This document shows positions 26,541-35,988 of a DNA stretch of 64,000 nucleotides, piece after piece. Under the pieces are notes generated by a model. The model saw nothing but the letters and a program-made list of their open reading frames with translations, was not told where the DNA came from and did no database searches. The position numbers were made by a program, and so were the translations under genes. How positions within the stretch are numbered: the first letter of the stretch is position 1; each line of letters starts with the position of its first letter. The DNA comes from an uncultured Ruminococcus sp. (GTDB lineage: Bacteria > Bacillota > Clostridia > Oscillospirales > Ruminococcaceae), in assembly GCA_902800795.1 (NCBI GenBank), contig CADCFQ010000011.1:1154-65153 (forward strand), written 5' to 3'.

Positions 26541-29201
26541 ATGGCAGAAAAGAAAACGGGAGCAGCAAAGGCTAAAAGCGGCTCTGCGGCGGCAAAAAAA
26601 AGCACAGCCGCAAAGAAGCCTCAGCCAAAAGCTCCCGCAGGCAAAAAAACAAATACTGCCTCAAAGGGGCAAAAAACGTCTGCATCGGCTAACAAGGCAG
26701 CTGCCGCCGAGCGTGAGAGCAGGCGTTTTTGGTCGTACATACTTTTCTTCTTTGGTGTGTTTGAATTGTTCGTGACGTTCATCCCGGGGGGCGGACTATG
26801 GAACTGGCTCCACTGCTTCAACAGGGGGCTGTTCGGTTCTGCCTGCTTCCTGTTCGCCCCGATGATAATCGCTGTGGCTCTTATGATCGCATCGGATCTC
26901 AGCCGCAACAGCGTGACCGCAAAGGTGGTGGAGGGCTTTATTCTTATGCTGCTTTTGTCGGGCATAGTCCAGATAATCCAGGTGGGGGCTGTCACAGGTG
27001 ACAGCTTCTGGCTGAAGATAAAGGGTCTTTACAGCAGCGGAAAACAGCTCAAGGGCGGCGGCTTTATGAGCGCATTTATAGGCTGGCCGCTTCTGTGGGC
27101 GTTCAAGCGTGTGGGTGCGGCGATAGTTATAATCCTGGTGTCGCTGCTGTTCGTGCTGCTGCTGACAAATATCACCCTGCCGCAGCTTCTCAAAGGCTTT
27201 GCAAAGCCCGTTGTCAAGGGCTATGAGGCTGTGAACGAGGATAGACTGCGCCGTGCCGAGAACGCACCGACACCCGAGGAGCTGGAGGCTATCAGGGCTG
27301 ACAAGGCAGCCAAGAAAAAGGCGAGACAGAAAGCAAAGATAGATATCGCTAAGTATTACGACGGCGAGGAGCAGCTTGAAAAGGACAAGGATCTTTTCGA
27401 TTTCTGGGACGGCAAAGCGCCTGCTCCCACGGATGAAGATGCTCCGCCCGAGGTGACAGCATCCCCTGTTCCCGAGGTCGTGACCGAGCCTGCTGACGGG
27501 GAGCCCGCCGGCGGCGGCATGAGCGAGGAAGAGGAGCTGGCACAGCTTATAAACGGCGTTGTCTCAAAGCGCACAAGAGCGCCGAGAAAGCCTAAAGCTG
27601 ATGCCGAAAAGGCAGAGGCTGAAAAGGCCGAAGAGTCGATGAAGATAAATGTGGAGAAGAACGGCCAGACCACTCTCTTTGAGCGTGACGAACAGCTGGC
27701 GGCTTATGTGAGACCGCCTGTTGACCTTCTCCATTTCTCGAAGAACACTGTTGACAGCGAGCTTGTCCAGCAGGAGGTGTCCGACAAGAGCCAGAAGCTC
27801 GTAGAAACTCTCGAGACCTACGGCGCAAAGACAAGGATAGTCGGCATATACAGAGGTCCCTCCGTTACCCGTTATGAGCTCCAGCCTGCGGCAGGAGTCA
27901 GGGTGTCGAAGATAACCCAGCTGGCAGATGACATAGCCCTCAGCCTGGCGGCGACAAGCGTTCGTATAGAAGCCCCCGTTCCCGGCAAGGCCTGCATCGG
28001 TATCGAGATACCGAACTCCAGACGTGACACGGTATCGCTGCGTGAGCTTATCGACAGCGACGAGTACCGCAAGTCAAAGGGCAAGCTTACCTTTGCGGTG
28101 GGCAAAGATATCGAAGGCAAGATAGTTATGGGCGACATTTCCAAGATGCCCCATGTCCTTGTTGCCGGTACCACAGGCTCCGGTAAGTCGGTGTTCACAA
28201 ACTCGATAATCCTGTCTATCCTCTATCACGCATCGCCGGAAGAGGTAAAGCTTATTCTTATCGACCCGAAAAAGGTCGAGTTCCCGATATACAACAAGAT
28301 ACCTCATCTGCTCATCCCCGTTGTCACCGAGCCGCTTAAAGCCGCAGGTGCTCTGGGCTGGGCGGTCAATGAGATGAACAAGCGCTATCTTATGTTCGAG
28401 GCCAACAGCGTCAAGAACCTGGAGGGCTTCAATGAGATGCTTCTTGAAGAGAAGCAGAAGCCCGAGGAGGAGCGTGACGAGATGAAGGCAAAGCTTTCGC
28501 CTCTGCCCCAGATAGTTATAGTTATCGACGAGTTCGCCGACCTGATGATGGCGGCAAAGAGCGAAGTCGAGGACTCTGTCCTCAAGCTTGCCCAGCTGGC
28601 CAGAGCCGCAGGCATACATATGATAATCGCTACGCAGTCACCGAGAACGGATGTCCTGACAGGTCTTATCAAGTCGAACATCCCGTCGAGAGTTTCCCTC
28701 AGCGTTGCCAGCAACATCGACTCCCGTGTCATCCTTGACGAAAGCGGAGCCGAGAAGCTTCTCGGAAACGGCGACCTGCTCTATAAGCCGATCGGCGTAA
28801 GAAAGCCTTTCCGTATCCAGAGCGGATACGCATCAGCAAGAGAGATAAGCTCCGTCGTTGAATTTCTGAAAAAGGATCACTCTGCCGAATACAGCCAGGA
28901 GATCATTGACGAGGTGGATGAGAACACACCTGCTCCCAAGGAGCAGAAGGGTGTGGGAGACGAGAACATCATCATCAATCCCGATGACGATCTTATCGAG
29001 CAGGCAGTATCTATCATACTCCAGACCCAGAACGCATCCACGGCGTTTTTGCAGAGAAAGCTAAAGCTTGGCTTCCCCAGGGCGGCCAGGATAATGGATG
29101 AGATAGAGGAAATGGGGATCATCGGTCCCCAGGAAGGCTCTAAGCCCAGAAAGATCCTGATATCCCAGGAGGAATGGGCAGAGATGCTGGCAAGAAGATG
29201 A
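26541..29201 (+). CDS. ftsK: DNA translocase FtsK/SpoIIIE
   Basis: 886 aa. Lys/Ala-rich N-terminus, 4 TM helices, linker, motor domain with Walker A VAGTTGSGKSV and Walker B IVIVIDEFADL, and a C-terminal gamma winged helix. Confidence 0.95.
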   Translation: MAEKKTGAAKAKSGSAAAKKSTAAKKPQPKAPAGKKTNTASKGQKTSASANKAAAAERESRRFWSYILFFFGVFELFVTFIPGGGLWNWLHCFNRGLFGSACFLFAPMIIAVALMIASDLSRNSVTAKVVEGFILMLLLSGIVQIIQVGAVTGDSFWLKIKGLYSSGKQLKGGGFMSAFIGWPLLWAFKRVGAAIVIILVSLLFVLLLTNITLPQLLKGFAKPVVKGYEAVNEDRLRRAENAPTPEELEAIRADKAAKKKARQKAKIDIAKYYDGEEQLEKDKDLFDFWDGKAPAPTDEDAPPEVTASPVPEVVTEPADGEPAGGGMSEEEELAQLINGVVSKRTRAPRKPKADAEKAEAEKAEESMKINVEKNGQTTLFERDEQLAAYVRPPVDLLHFSKNTVDSELVQQEVSDKSQKLVETLETYGAKTRIVGIYRGPSVTRYELQPAAGVRVSKITQLADDIALSLAATSVRIEAPVPGKACIGIEIPNSRRDTVSLRELIDSDEYRKSKGKLTFAVGKDIEGKIVMGDISKMPHVLVAGTTGSGKSVFTNSIILSILYHASPEEVKLILIDPKKVEFPIYNKIPHLLIPVVTEPLKAAGALGWAVNEMNKRYLMFEANSVKNLEGFNEMLLEEKQKPEEERDEMKAKLSPLPQIVIVIDEFADLMMAAKSEVEDSVLKLAQLARAAGIHMIIATQSPRTDVLTGLIKSNIPSRVSLSVASNIDSRVILDESGAEKLLGNGDLLYKPIGVRKPFRIQSGYASAREISSVVEFLKKDHSAEYSQEIIDEVDENTPAPKEQKGVGDENIIINPDDDLIEQAVSIILQTQNASTAFLQRKLKLGFPRAARIMDEIEEMGIIGPQEGSKPRKILISQEEWAEMLARR

Positions 29202-30139
29202 GAAGGACCCCGAGAAAGGCTGACCAGAGAAGGATAGTCGTTCTGCTGGTCATCGACCTTCTGGCGATAGTGTTCACGCTTTTGCAGGCAACAGGGCTTT
29301 TGTCCGTCAGCGATATAATGATAAAGCTTGGCCTTGCGGACAAGCCTGCTGTCAATGCCGAGACGGAGGTCCATTTCATAGATGTTGGTCAGGCTGACTG
29401 CACCCTTGTGCTTTCACAGGGAAAGGCTATGCTTATCGACAGCGGCGATATGGACCGCACCGATAAGGTGATGCAGTATCTTCTTGACCACGGAGTAAGA
29501 AAGCTGGATGCAGTGATCGTCACACACCCTCACTCCGACCACATGGGCGAGATGAGCGATATCATCGACAATTTCGGGATAGGCACCTTTTATATGCCTG
29601 TGTTCCCGGAGGAGCTGACGCCCGCCACCTATTCCTATGAGAGTATGCTTGATGCCCTTGACAAAAAGGATATCGGTATAACGGACCCCGACGGTAAGAC
29701 CTTTGACCTTGGCAGCTGCAAGGTGCAGATCTACACGGCAAAGGACGAGTATGACGACCTTAACGAGTACTCGGCGGTGGTGAGAATAGCGGACGGCGGC
29801 AACACGTTTCTTGTCACCGGTGATTGCGGCTTTGCCGAGGAGAGGGAGCTTGTGGAGAGTGGCTGTGACCTTTCGGCAAAGGTGCTGCGTGTCGGTCACC
29901 ACGGCAGCGCTTCCGCTTCGGGAGAGGACTTCCTTTCAAAGGTAAGGCCCCGATACTGCGTTATATCCTGCTCGGTGGACAATGACTACGGTCACCCCGA
30001 CAAGGCGACTTTAAAGCGCCTTAAAAAATATACGAACAAAATTTACTGCACCTCTACCAGCGGCACGGTGGTATTCTACTCCGACGGAGAGGGGCTCGAT
30101 CTTAGAAAAGAAGCTGATTTGAATGAAAAAAGCGGATGA
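29198..30139 (+). CDS. ComEC/Rec2-related MBL-fold metallo-hydrolase, TM-anchored
   Basis: Start chosen at ATG 29198, overlapping the ftsK stop (ATGA). TM helix, then the metallo-beta-lactamase motif THPHSDHMG and a later GHHGS. Confidence 0.8.
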   Translation: MRRTPRKADQRRIVVLLVIDLLAIVFTLLQATGLLSVSDIMIKLGLADKPAVNAETEVHFIDVGQADCTLVLSQGKAMLIDSGDMDRTDKVMQYLLDHGVRKLDAVIVTHPHSDHMGEMSDIIDNFGIGTFYMPVFPEELTPATYSYESMLDALDKKDIGITDPDGKTFDLGSCKVQIYTAKDEYDDLNEYSAVVRIADGGNTFLVTGDCGFAEERELVESGCDLSAKVLRVGHHGSASASGEDFLSKVRPRYCVISCSVDNDYGHPDKATLKRLKKYTNKIYCTSTSGTVVFYSDGEGLDLRKEADLNEKSG

Positions 30140-30368
30140 GATTTTTATCATCGACAGGATAGAGGGCGGCTTTGCTGTTGCCTATTCGCAGAGCGGCGAG
30201 AAGAGAGATTTTTCTCTTGCCATGCTGCCGCCCGACATCAGCCCTGGCGACGCTTTGAATATAAGCGGTCCTGCGCCAAAGTTTGAGAAGAAGAAAACTG
30301 ACGACAGGCGCCGCAGGCTGAGTTCCCGGACAAAGAACGCAAGAAAGAGATCGGAGGGAAAGAAATGA
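30123..30368 (+). CDS. DUF3006-family small protein
   Basis: 81 aa. N-terminus IIDRIEGGFAVAY is typical of DUF3006. Basic tail. Confidence 0.65.
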   Translation: MKKADEIFIIDRIEGGFAVAYSQSGEKRDFSLAMLPPDISPGDALNISGPAPKFEKKKTDDRRRRLSSRTKNARKRSEGKK

Positions 30369-31240
30369 CCGACCGGAGCAAGGATCTGTTCACCCTCATA
30401 AACGAGCGTATGCACAGCCTTTCAAAGGGACATAAGCTGATTGCGAATTATATTCTTTCCCACTATGACAAGGCGGCCTTTATGACGGCGCAGAAGCTGG
30501 GCAGGACAGTTGGCGTGAGCGAGTCCACAACGGTGCGCTTTGCGGCAGAGCTTGGCTTCGAGGGCTATCCCGAGCTCCAGAAAGCGCTCAAGGACCTTGT
30601 GAGAAACAAGCTCACTTCCGTTCAGAGAATGGAAGCGACCTCCGAGGTCATCGACTCGGACAATGTTTTGGAGCGAGTTCTCAGCCTTGATATCGAAAGG
30701 ATAAGGCGCACGATGGAGGAGACCTCGGTGGAGGATTTCAACTCCGCTGTGGACAAGATAGTCAGCGCCGACACGATATACATAGTCGGAACAAGGAGTG
30801 CGGCTTCAATAGCTTCTTTTTTAAGCTATTATCTCGGGCTTCTTTTCCCGAGGGTGAAGCTTGTGGTCTCGGCCACATCTTCCGAGCTTTTTGAGCGCAT
30901 CATGCGCATAGACGAGAAGGATGCTATGATAGGCATATCTTTCCCCCGCTATTCAAAGCAGACCGTCCAGGCGCTCAGATATGCCAAGGACAACGGCGCA
31001 AAGGTCATTGCGATAACCGATTCTCAAAATGCGCCTATCGCACGCTATGCCGACAGCCTGCTTATCGCAAGGAGCGATATGGCTTCCTTTGTCGATTCGC
31101 TGGTGGCGCCGCTAAGTCTTATAAATGCGCTGATTGTTGCGGCATCCACCCGAAACCTTGATGCATCTTACGAGACCTTCGAGCGGCTTGAAAAGGTCTG
31201 GGAGGAATATGACGTTTATGAAAAAAACGGAGAGTTTTGA
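30365..31240 (+). CDS. MurR/RpiR-family transcriptional regulator
   Basis: 291 aa. N-terminal HTH_6 (SESTTVRFAAELGFEGYPELQ) plus a C-terminal SIS domain. Confidence 0.88.
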   Translation: MTDRSKDLFTLINERMHSLSKGHKLIANYILSHYDKAAFMTAQKLGRTVGVSESTTVRFAAELGFEGYPELQKALKDLVRNKLTSVQRMEATSEVIDSDNVLERVLSLDIERIRRTMEETSVEDFNSAVDKIVSADTIYIVGTRSAASIASFLSYYLGLLFPRVKLVVSATSSELFERIMRIDEKDAMIGISFPRYSKQTVQALRYAKDNGAKVIAITDSQNAPIARYADSLLIARSDMASFVDSLVAPLSLINALIVAASTRNLDASYETFERLEKVWEEYDVYEKNGEF

Positions 31241-32480
31241 TGTCCTTATCGCCGGCGGCGGAGCTTCGGGGCTTTTCTGTGCGGCACAGTGTGCAAAGCT
31301 TGGGCTTTCCTGCGGAGTGATAGAAAAAAACGACCGCTTAGGCTTGAAGCTTTCGATAACAGGCAAGGGCAGATGCAATGTTACCAACAACTGCGACGCC
31401 GACACTGTTATGAAAAACATCCCCAGAAACCCGAGGTTCATGTTCTCGTCGCTCCAAAGGTTTGCGCCGGCGGACACAATGGCTTATTTTGAGAGCCTTG
31501 GTGCCGGGCTTAAAACGGAGAGGGGAAACAGGGTGTTCCCGGTCAGCGACAAAGCGAGGGACATAGTGGATGCGCTGGTAAACGAGTGCAGGCGGCTGGG
31601 TGTCACCTTTATCACCGACGAGGTCTGTGAGATACTGACCGAGAATGGAAAAGCTCTTGGCTTTAAATGCAAGGGGAGTACCATTTATGCCGATAATGTT
31701 ATCATAGCCTGCGGCGGCAGGTCTTATCCCAAGACAGGCTCCGACGGCTCGGGCTATGCGCTGGCAAAAGGTATCGGCCACACGGTAACGGCCATAACGC
31801 CGTCTCTTTGCCCTATGGTATGCAGGGAGGCCGACGAGTGCGCCGAGGCTATGGGGCTGTCACTGAAAAACTGCACGCTCTCTCTTTATAAAGAGGGAAA
31901 GAAAAAGCCGATATACAAAGAGCTGGGAGAGATGCTCTTTACCCATTTCGGTCTCAGCGGTCCGCTGGTGCTGTCGGCTTCCGCTCATATTGACAATCTT
32001 GACAAATACGGTTATACTGTTGCTATAGATCTTAAACCGGCTCTGGATGAGCCGACACTTGATAAGCGCATCCTGCGTGATTTTGCCGAGGACGCAAACA
32101 AGGACCTGTCAAATGCCCTCAGAGGTATGCTGCCCCAGAAGATCATCCCTATGGTGATGAAAAGAGCGGGGCTCGACCCGGATATGAAGCCCAACAGCAT
32201 AACGAAGGAACAGCGCCGCAGGCTCCTTGAAACGATGAAGGGCCTGCGCTTTGAGATAACAAGGCTGCGTCCCATTGATGAAGCGATAATCACCAGGGGC
32301 GGAGTGAACGTTAAGGAGATCGACCCCTCTTCAATGGCTTCAAAGCTCTGCGAGGGGGCATACTTTATCGGAGAGGTGCTGGATGTTGACGCCTACACCG
32401 GCGGCTTCAATCTTCAGATAGCGTTCTCCACAGCCTTTGCGGCGGCGCAGAGCATAGCAGACAGCAAGGCTTCCGAATGA
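31209..32480 (+). CDS. NAD(P)/FAD-dependent oxidoreductase, HI0933/BaiN-like flavoprotein
   Basis: Dinucleotide fold FDVLIAGGGASGLF. GKGRCNVTN and a C-terminal GEVLDVDAYTGGFNLQ are typical of the HI0933 family. Start is 31209 or 31218. Confidence 0.85.
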   Translation: MTFMKKTESFDVLIAGGGASGLFCAAQCAKLGLSCGVIEKNDRLGLKLSITGKGRCNVTNNCDADTVMKNIPRNPRFMFSSLQRFAPADTMAYFESLGAGLKTERGNRVFPVSDKARDIVDALVNECRRLGVTFITDEVCEILTENGKALGFKCKGSTIYADNVIIACGGRSYPKTGSDGSGYALAKGIGHTVTAITPSLCPMVCREADECAEAMGLSLKNCTLSLYKEGKKKPIYKELGEMLFTHFGLSGPLVLSASAHIDNLDKYGYTVAIDLKPALDEPTLDKRILRDFAEDANKDLSNALRGMLPQKIIPMVMKRAGLDPDMKPNSITKEQRRRLLETMKGLRFEITRLRPIDEAIITRGGVNVKEIDPSSMASKLCEGAYFIGEVLDVDAYTGGFNLQIAFSTAFAAAQSIADSKASE

Positions 32481-32520
32481 CCTTCGATCATAAAATAACA
32501 TATTGAAAGAGGAGATATCT

Positions 32521-33879
32521 ATGACTATAAACGTTGCTCTTGACGGCCCATCCGGGGCAGGAAAATCCACCATCGCCAGAGCCGCTGCAAAAAAGCTCGG
32601 CTATGTTTATGTTGACACCGGCGCTATGTACCGTTCGGTGGCTCTTTTCATGCTCGACAACGGTGTAGACCCCGAGGACAAGGAGGGGGTAACTGCGCTG
32701 CTGCCAAAGGTGGAGATAAGCCTTGCCTATGACAACGGCGAACAGCGTGTCATCTTAAACGGCGAGGACGTTTCTGAAAGGATAAGGACATCCGCTGTGT
32801 CTATGGCGGCTTCAAAGACCTCGTCCTATCCCGAGGTGAGAGCGTTCCTTCTCGACCTTCAGAAGGACATAGCAAGGAAAAACAATATAATCATGGACGG
32901 CAGAGACATAGGAACTGTTATCCTGCCCGACGCCCAGATAAAGATCTTCCTTACCGCTTCGGCAGAAAAGAGAGCCGAGAGACGCCATAAGGAGCTTATC
33001 GAAAAGGGCGAGAACATCTCCTTTGAGGAAGTGTTGGAGGATATAAAGAAGCGTGATGAGCAGGATATGAACCGTGAGACAGCGCCTTTGAAGCAGGCTG
33101 ACGACGCTATCCTTGTGGACACCTCCGAGCTGACTCTCGAAGAGTCGATAGACGCAATATACAACACTGTTGTATCCAATATCCCGAAAGAGGAAAAGGT
33201 GCCGAAGGAGAAAAAAAACTCCTCCCGTGACCGTGAGCTTATGCCCGTTCGCCCGATATCCAAGAAGCATAAGCTGGGCTTCTTCCACGTTTTCTTCTAC
33301 AATCTTCTCAGATACATAGTCCTCGGCCTTTATCACCTGTTTTATAATATCTCCTATGAGGGCACGCAGAATGTCCCGAAGGACGGCGGAAATATCTTTG
33401 CTTCAAACCACCGCAGCTATCAGGACCCTGTGTTCATAGCTCTCCACACAAGAGTGCCTATCTCCTATATGGCGAAAGAGGAGCTCTTCAAGCAGAATGT
33501 TTTCTTTACAGCCCTAATAAAAGCTTTCGGAGCGTTCCCCGTTGTCAGGGGATCAGGCGATACGACTGTTATCGATACCTCGGTGGAGAAGCTTGAAAAG
33601 GGAAGGAACCTTGTTATCTTCCCCGAGGGAACAAGAAGCAAGGACGGAAAGGTGGGCAAGGGCAAGACAGGCGTGGCACTTGTGGCTGCCGTTGCACAGA
33701 CAAAGGTTATACCCGTCGGTATCAATTTTGAGGGCAAGCTCAAATTCAGAAAGCGTGTCGTAGTAAGATACGGAGAGCCTATCGAACCCCAAAGGCTCGG
33801 GATAACCGGCACATCTCCCAGAGATCTTAAAAAGATCAAAAATGAAATCATGGAAAATATCGTAGATCTGGTGCATTAA
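32521..33879 (+). CDS. cmk: fusion protein: cytidylate kinase (N) plus 1-acyl-sn-glycerol-3-phosphate acyltransferase-like LPLAT domain (C)
   Basis: Start moved to ATG 32521 (AGGAG RBS). The N-terminal part has Cmk motifs (IALDGPSGAGKST-like P-loop, DTGAMYR). After a Lys-rich linker and a hydrophobic helix come the acyltransferase motifs NHRSYQDP and FPEGTRS. The whole is a single uninterrupted frame. Confidence 0.85.
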   Translation: MTINVALDGPSGAGKSTIARAAAKKLGYVYVDTGAMYRSVALFMLDNGVDPEDKEGVTALLPKVEISLAYDNGEQRVILNGEDVSERIRTSAVSMAASKTSSYPEVRAFLLDLQKDIARKNNIIMDGRDIGTVILPDAQIKIFLTASAEKRAERRHKELIEKGENISFEEVLEDIKKRDEQDMNRETAPLKQADDAILVDTSELTLEESIDAIYNTVVSNIPKEEKVPKEKKNSSRDRELMPVRPISKKHKLGFFHVFFYNLLRYIVLGLYHLFYNISYEGTQNVPKDGGNIFASNHRSYQDPVFIALHTRVPISYMAKEELFKQNVFFTALIKAFGAFPVVRGSGDTTVIDTSVEKLEKGRNLVIFPEGTRSKDGKVGKGKTGVALVAAVAQTKVIPVGINFEGKLKFRKRVVVRYGEPIEPQRLGITGTSPRDLKKIKNEIMENIVDLVH

Positions 33880-35874
33880 ATGTTAACTAATTGTAAAATT
33901 TTTGTTGCTAAAACTGCGGGATTTTGTTTTGGTGTAGACAGAGCCGTAAAAATAGTGTATAATATGCTAGATAGCCGAAATAATGTTGTAACGTTAGGTC
34001 CGATCATTCACAATCCTAATGTTGTTTCAGATCTGAAGGCCAGGGGTGTGTATCCCAGGGACATTTCAGAGGTGAAAAAGGGCGACACGGCGGTCATCAG
34101 GTCACACGGTGTGGCTGCGCAGGTGTATGAGCAGCTGAAAGAAAAGGGAGCGGATATCGTTGATGCTACCTGTCCTTTCGTCAGCCGCATACACAGGATA
34201 GCAAGCGAGAGCTATGATAAGGGACAGGCGGTGCTTATCGCCGGTGATGCCGAGCATCCCGAGGTAGTCGGGATAAGGGGGCATTGCAGGGGAGAGAGCT
34301 TCGTGTTCTCGACGGCGCAAGAGTTTGAGGAGCTTGTAAAGAGCCATGACTTTTCGGCCGGGGCATCCATTATGGCGCAGACGACCTTTAACAGGAACGT
34401 GTGGTGTGACTGCTTAGAGCTGTTTGAGAGGCTCCTGCCGCAGGCAACGGTGTATGACACTATCTGCAATGCGACCCAGGAACGCCAGAGAGAGGCTGCC
34501 GAGATGGCGGCAAAGGCCGATGTGATGATAATCGTCGGCGGACTTCACAGCTCGAACACCCTTAAACTTAAAGCGGTCTGCGAAAACATCTGCGGCAGGT
34601 GTTACCATGTCGAGGATGCTAAAGGGCTGAGAGAGTGCGGTATAGACTTAAGCGGCGCACATATTATCGGGATCTCTGCGGGGGCTTCGACTCCTGCTTA
34701 TATAATCAAGGAGGTACAACAGACCATGAGTGAAATGTTGAACAATGTTGACGAGGAATTTAACTTTGAGGAGGAGCTTGAGAAGACCCTCAAGAAAATA
34801 CATATCGGCATGAAGGTCGAAGGAGTCGTTACTGACATAAATAACGGCGAGGTAGCAGTTGATATCGGAACAAAGCACACCGGCTACATCCCTTCGAGCG
34901 AGTTTTCGGATGATCCTTCGGTAAAGCCCGAGGATACTGTAAAGGTAGGAGACACACTTAATCTTATCGTTCTCAAGACTAACGACCAGGAGGGTATCGT
35001 TACCCTTTCCAAGAAGAAGGTAGACGCATTCCTGGGCTTCGAGAAGGTTATGGAGGCCAAGGAGGCTGACGCTGTTCTCGAGGGTACAGTTACTAATGTT
35101 GTTAAGGGCGGCGTTCTGGTTTCCAGCAACGGTGTCAAGGTGTTCGTGCCTGCTTCCCAGGCAGCACCCAGAAGAGATTTCGATCTCAACGAGCTTCTCA
35201 AGAAGCCTGTTAAGTTCAAGGTGCTTGAAGTAAACGAGGCTAAGCAGAGAGCAGTTGGTTCTATCCGTGCAGTTGAGAGAGAGGAAAGAGCAGCAGCTCA
35301 GGCAGCTTTCTTCGAGAACGCACAGATCGGCTCTGAGGTAGAGGGCGTTGTAAAGTCTATCACAGACTACGGCGTATTTGTTGACCTTGGCGGAGTTGAC
35401 GGACTTATCAGAAGAATGGATCTTTCCTGGAAGAGGATCAAGCATCCTTCGGATGTTGTTTCGGTAGGTGATAAGATCACTGTCAAGATCAAGGATATAG
35501 ATGACGAGACAAAGAAGGTATCGCTCATCTATAAGAAGGATTCCGAGAATCCCTGGGAGATCTTCACTGCTAATTATGAGGTGGGCCAGACAGTCAAGGC
35601 AACTGTTGTATCGATCACATCCTTTGGTGCTTTCGCACAGATCATCGACGGCATCGACGGCCTTATCCACATTTCTCAGATAGCAAATCAGAGAGTGAAC
35701 AATGTGGCAGATATTCTTAGTGTCGGCCAGGAGGTCGAGTGCAAGATCACAGAGATCGACGCTGACAAGAAGAGGATCAGCCTCTCTATCAGAGCTCTGC
35801 TGCCCGAAGATGAGGAAACCGCAGAGGAGACTGTTGAAGAGCCTGCAGAGACAGAAGCAGAGACAGAAGAATAA
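33880..35874 (+). CDS. ispH: fusion protein: 4-hydroxy-3-methylbut-2-enyl diphosphate reductase (IspH) plus four S1 RNA-binding domains (ribosomal protein S1-like)
   Basis: 664 aa. The N-terminal part has AGFCFGVDRAV and ATCPFV Fe-S ligand contexts. The C-terminal ~370 aa consists of repeated S1 motifs (G.V...GGV.V...). This fusion is common in Clostridia. Confidence 0.9.
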   Translation: MLTNCKIFVAKTAGFCFGVDRAVKIVYNMLDSRNNVVTLGPIIHNPNVVSDLKARGVYPRDISEVKKGDTAVIRSHGVAAQVYEQLKEKGADIVDATCPFVSRIHRIASESYDKGQAVLIAGDAEHPEVVGIRGHCRGESFVFSTAQEFEELVKSHDFSAGASIMAQTTFNRNVWCDCLELFERLLPQATVYDTICNATQERQREAAEMAAKADVMIIVGGLHSSNTLKLKAVCENICGRCYHVEDAKGLRECGIDLSGAHIIGISAGASTPAYIIKEVQQTMSEMLNNVDEEFNFEEELEKTLKKIHIGMKVEGVVTDINNGEVAVDIGTKHTGYIPSSEFSDDPSVKPEDTVKVGDTLNLIVLKTNDQEGIVTLSKKKVDAFLGFEKVMEAKEADAVLEGTVTNVVKGGVLVSSNGVKVFVPASQAAPRRDFDLNELLKKPVKFKVLEVNEAKQRAVGSIRAVEREERAAAQAAFFENAQIGSEVEGVVKSITDYGVFVDLGGVDGLIRRMDLSWKRIKHPSDVVSVGDKITVKIKDIDDETKKVSLIYKKDSENPWEIFTANYEVGQTVKATVVSITSFGAFAQIIDGIDGLIHISQIANQRVNNVADILSVGQEVECKITEIDADKKRISLSIRALLPEDEETAEETVEEPAETEAETEE

Positions 35875-35908
35875 AGCGCTCTTCCCAGGCTGAAAATTTA
35901 CGATCTAT

Positions 35909-35940
35909 CAGGGGGCGAGCGATCGCCCCTGTTTGTTTAT
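35909..35940 (+). terminator. Rho-independent terminator
   Basis: Hairpin CAGGGGGCGA-gc-GATCGCCCCTG followed by TTTGTTT. Confidence 0.75.
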
Positions 35941-35988
35941 TTCGTTTCACCCGAGGGTGATGAAAAAAACAGATGAAAGGATAGCTTT

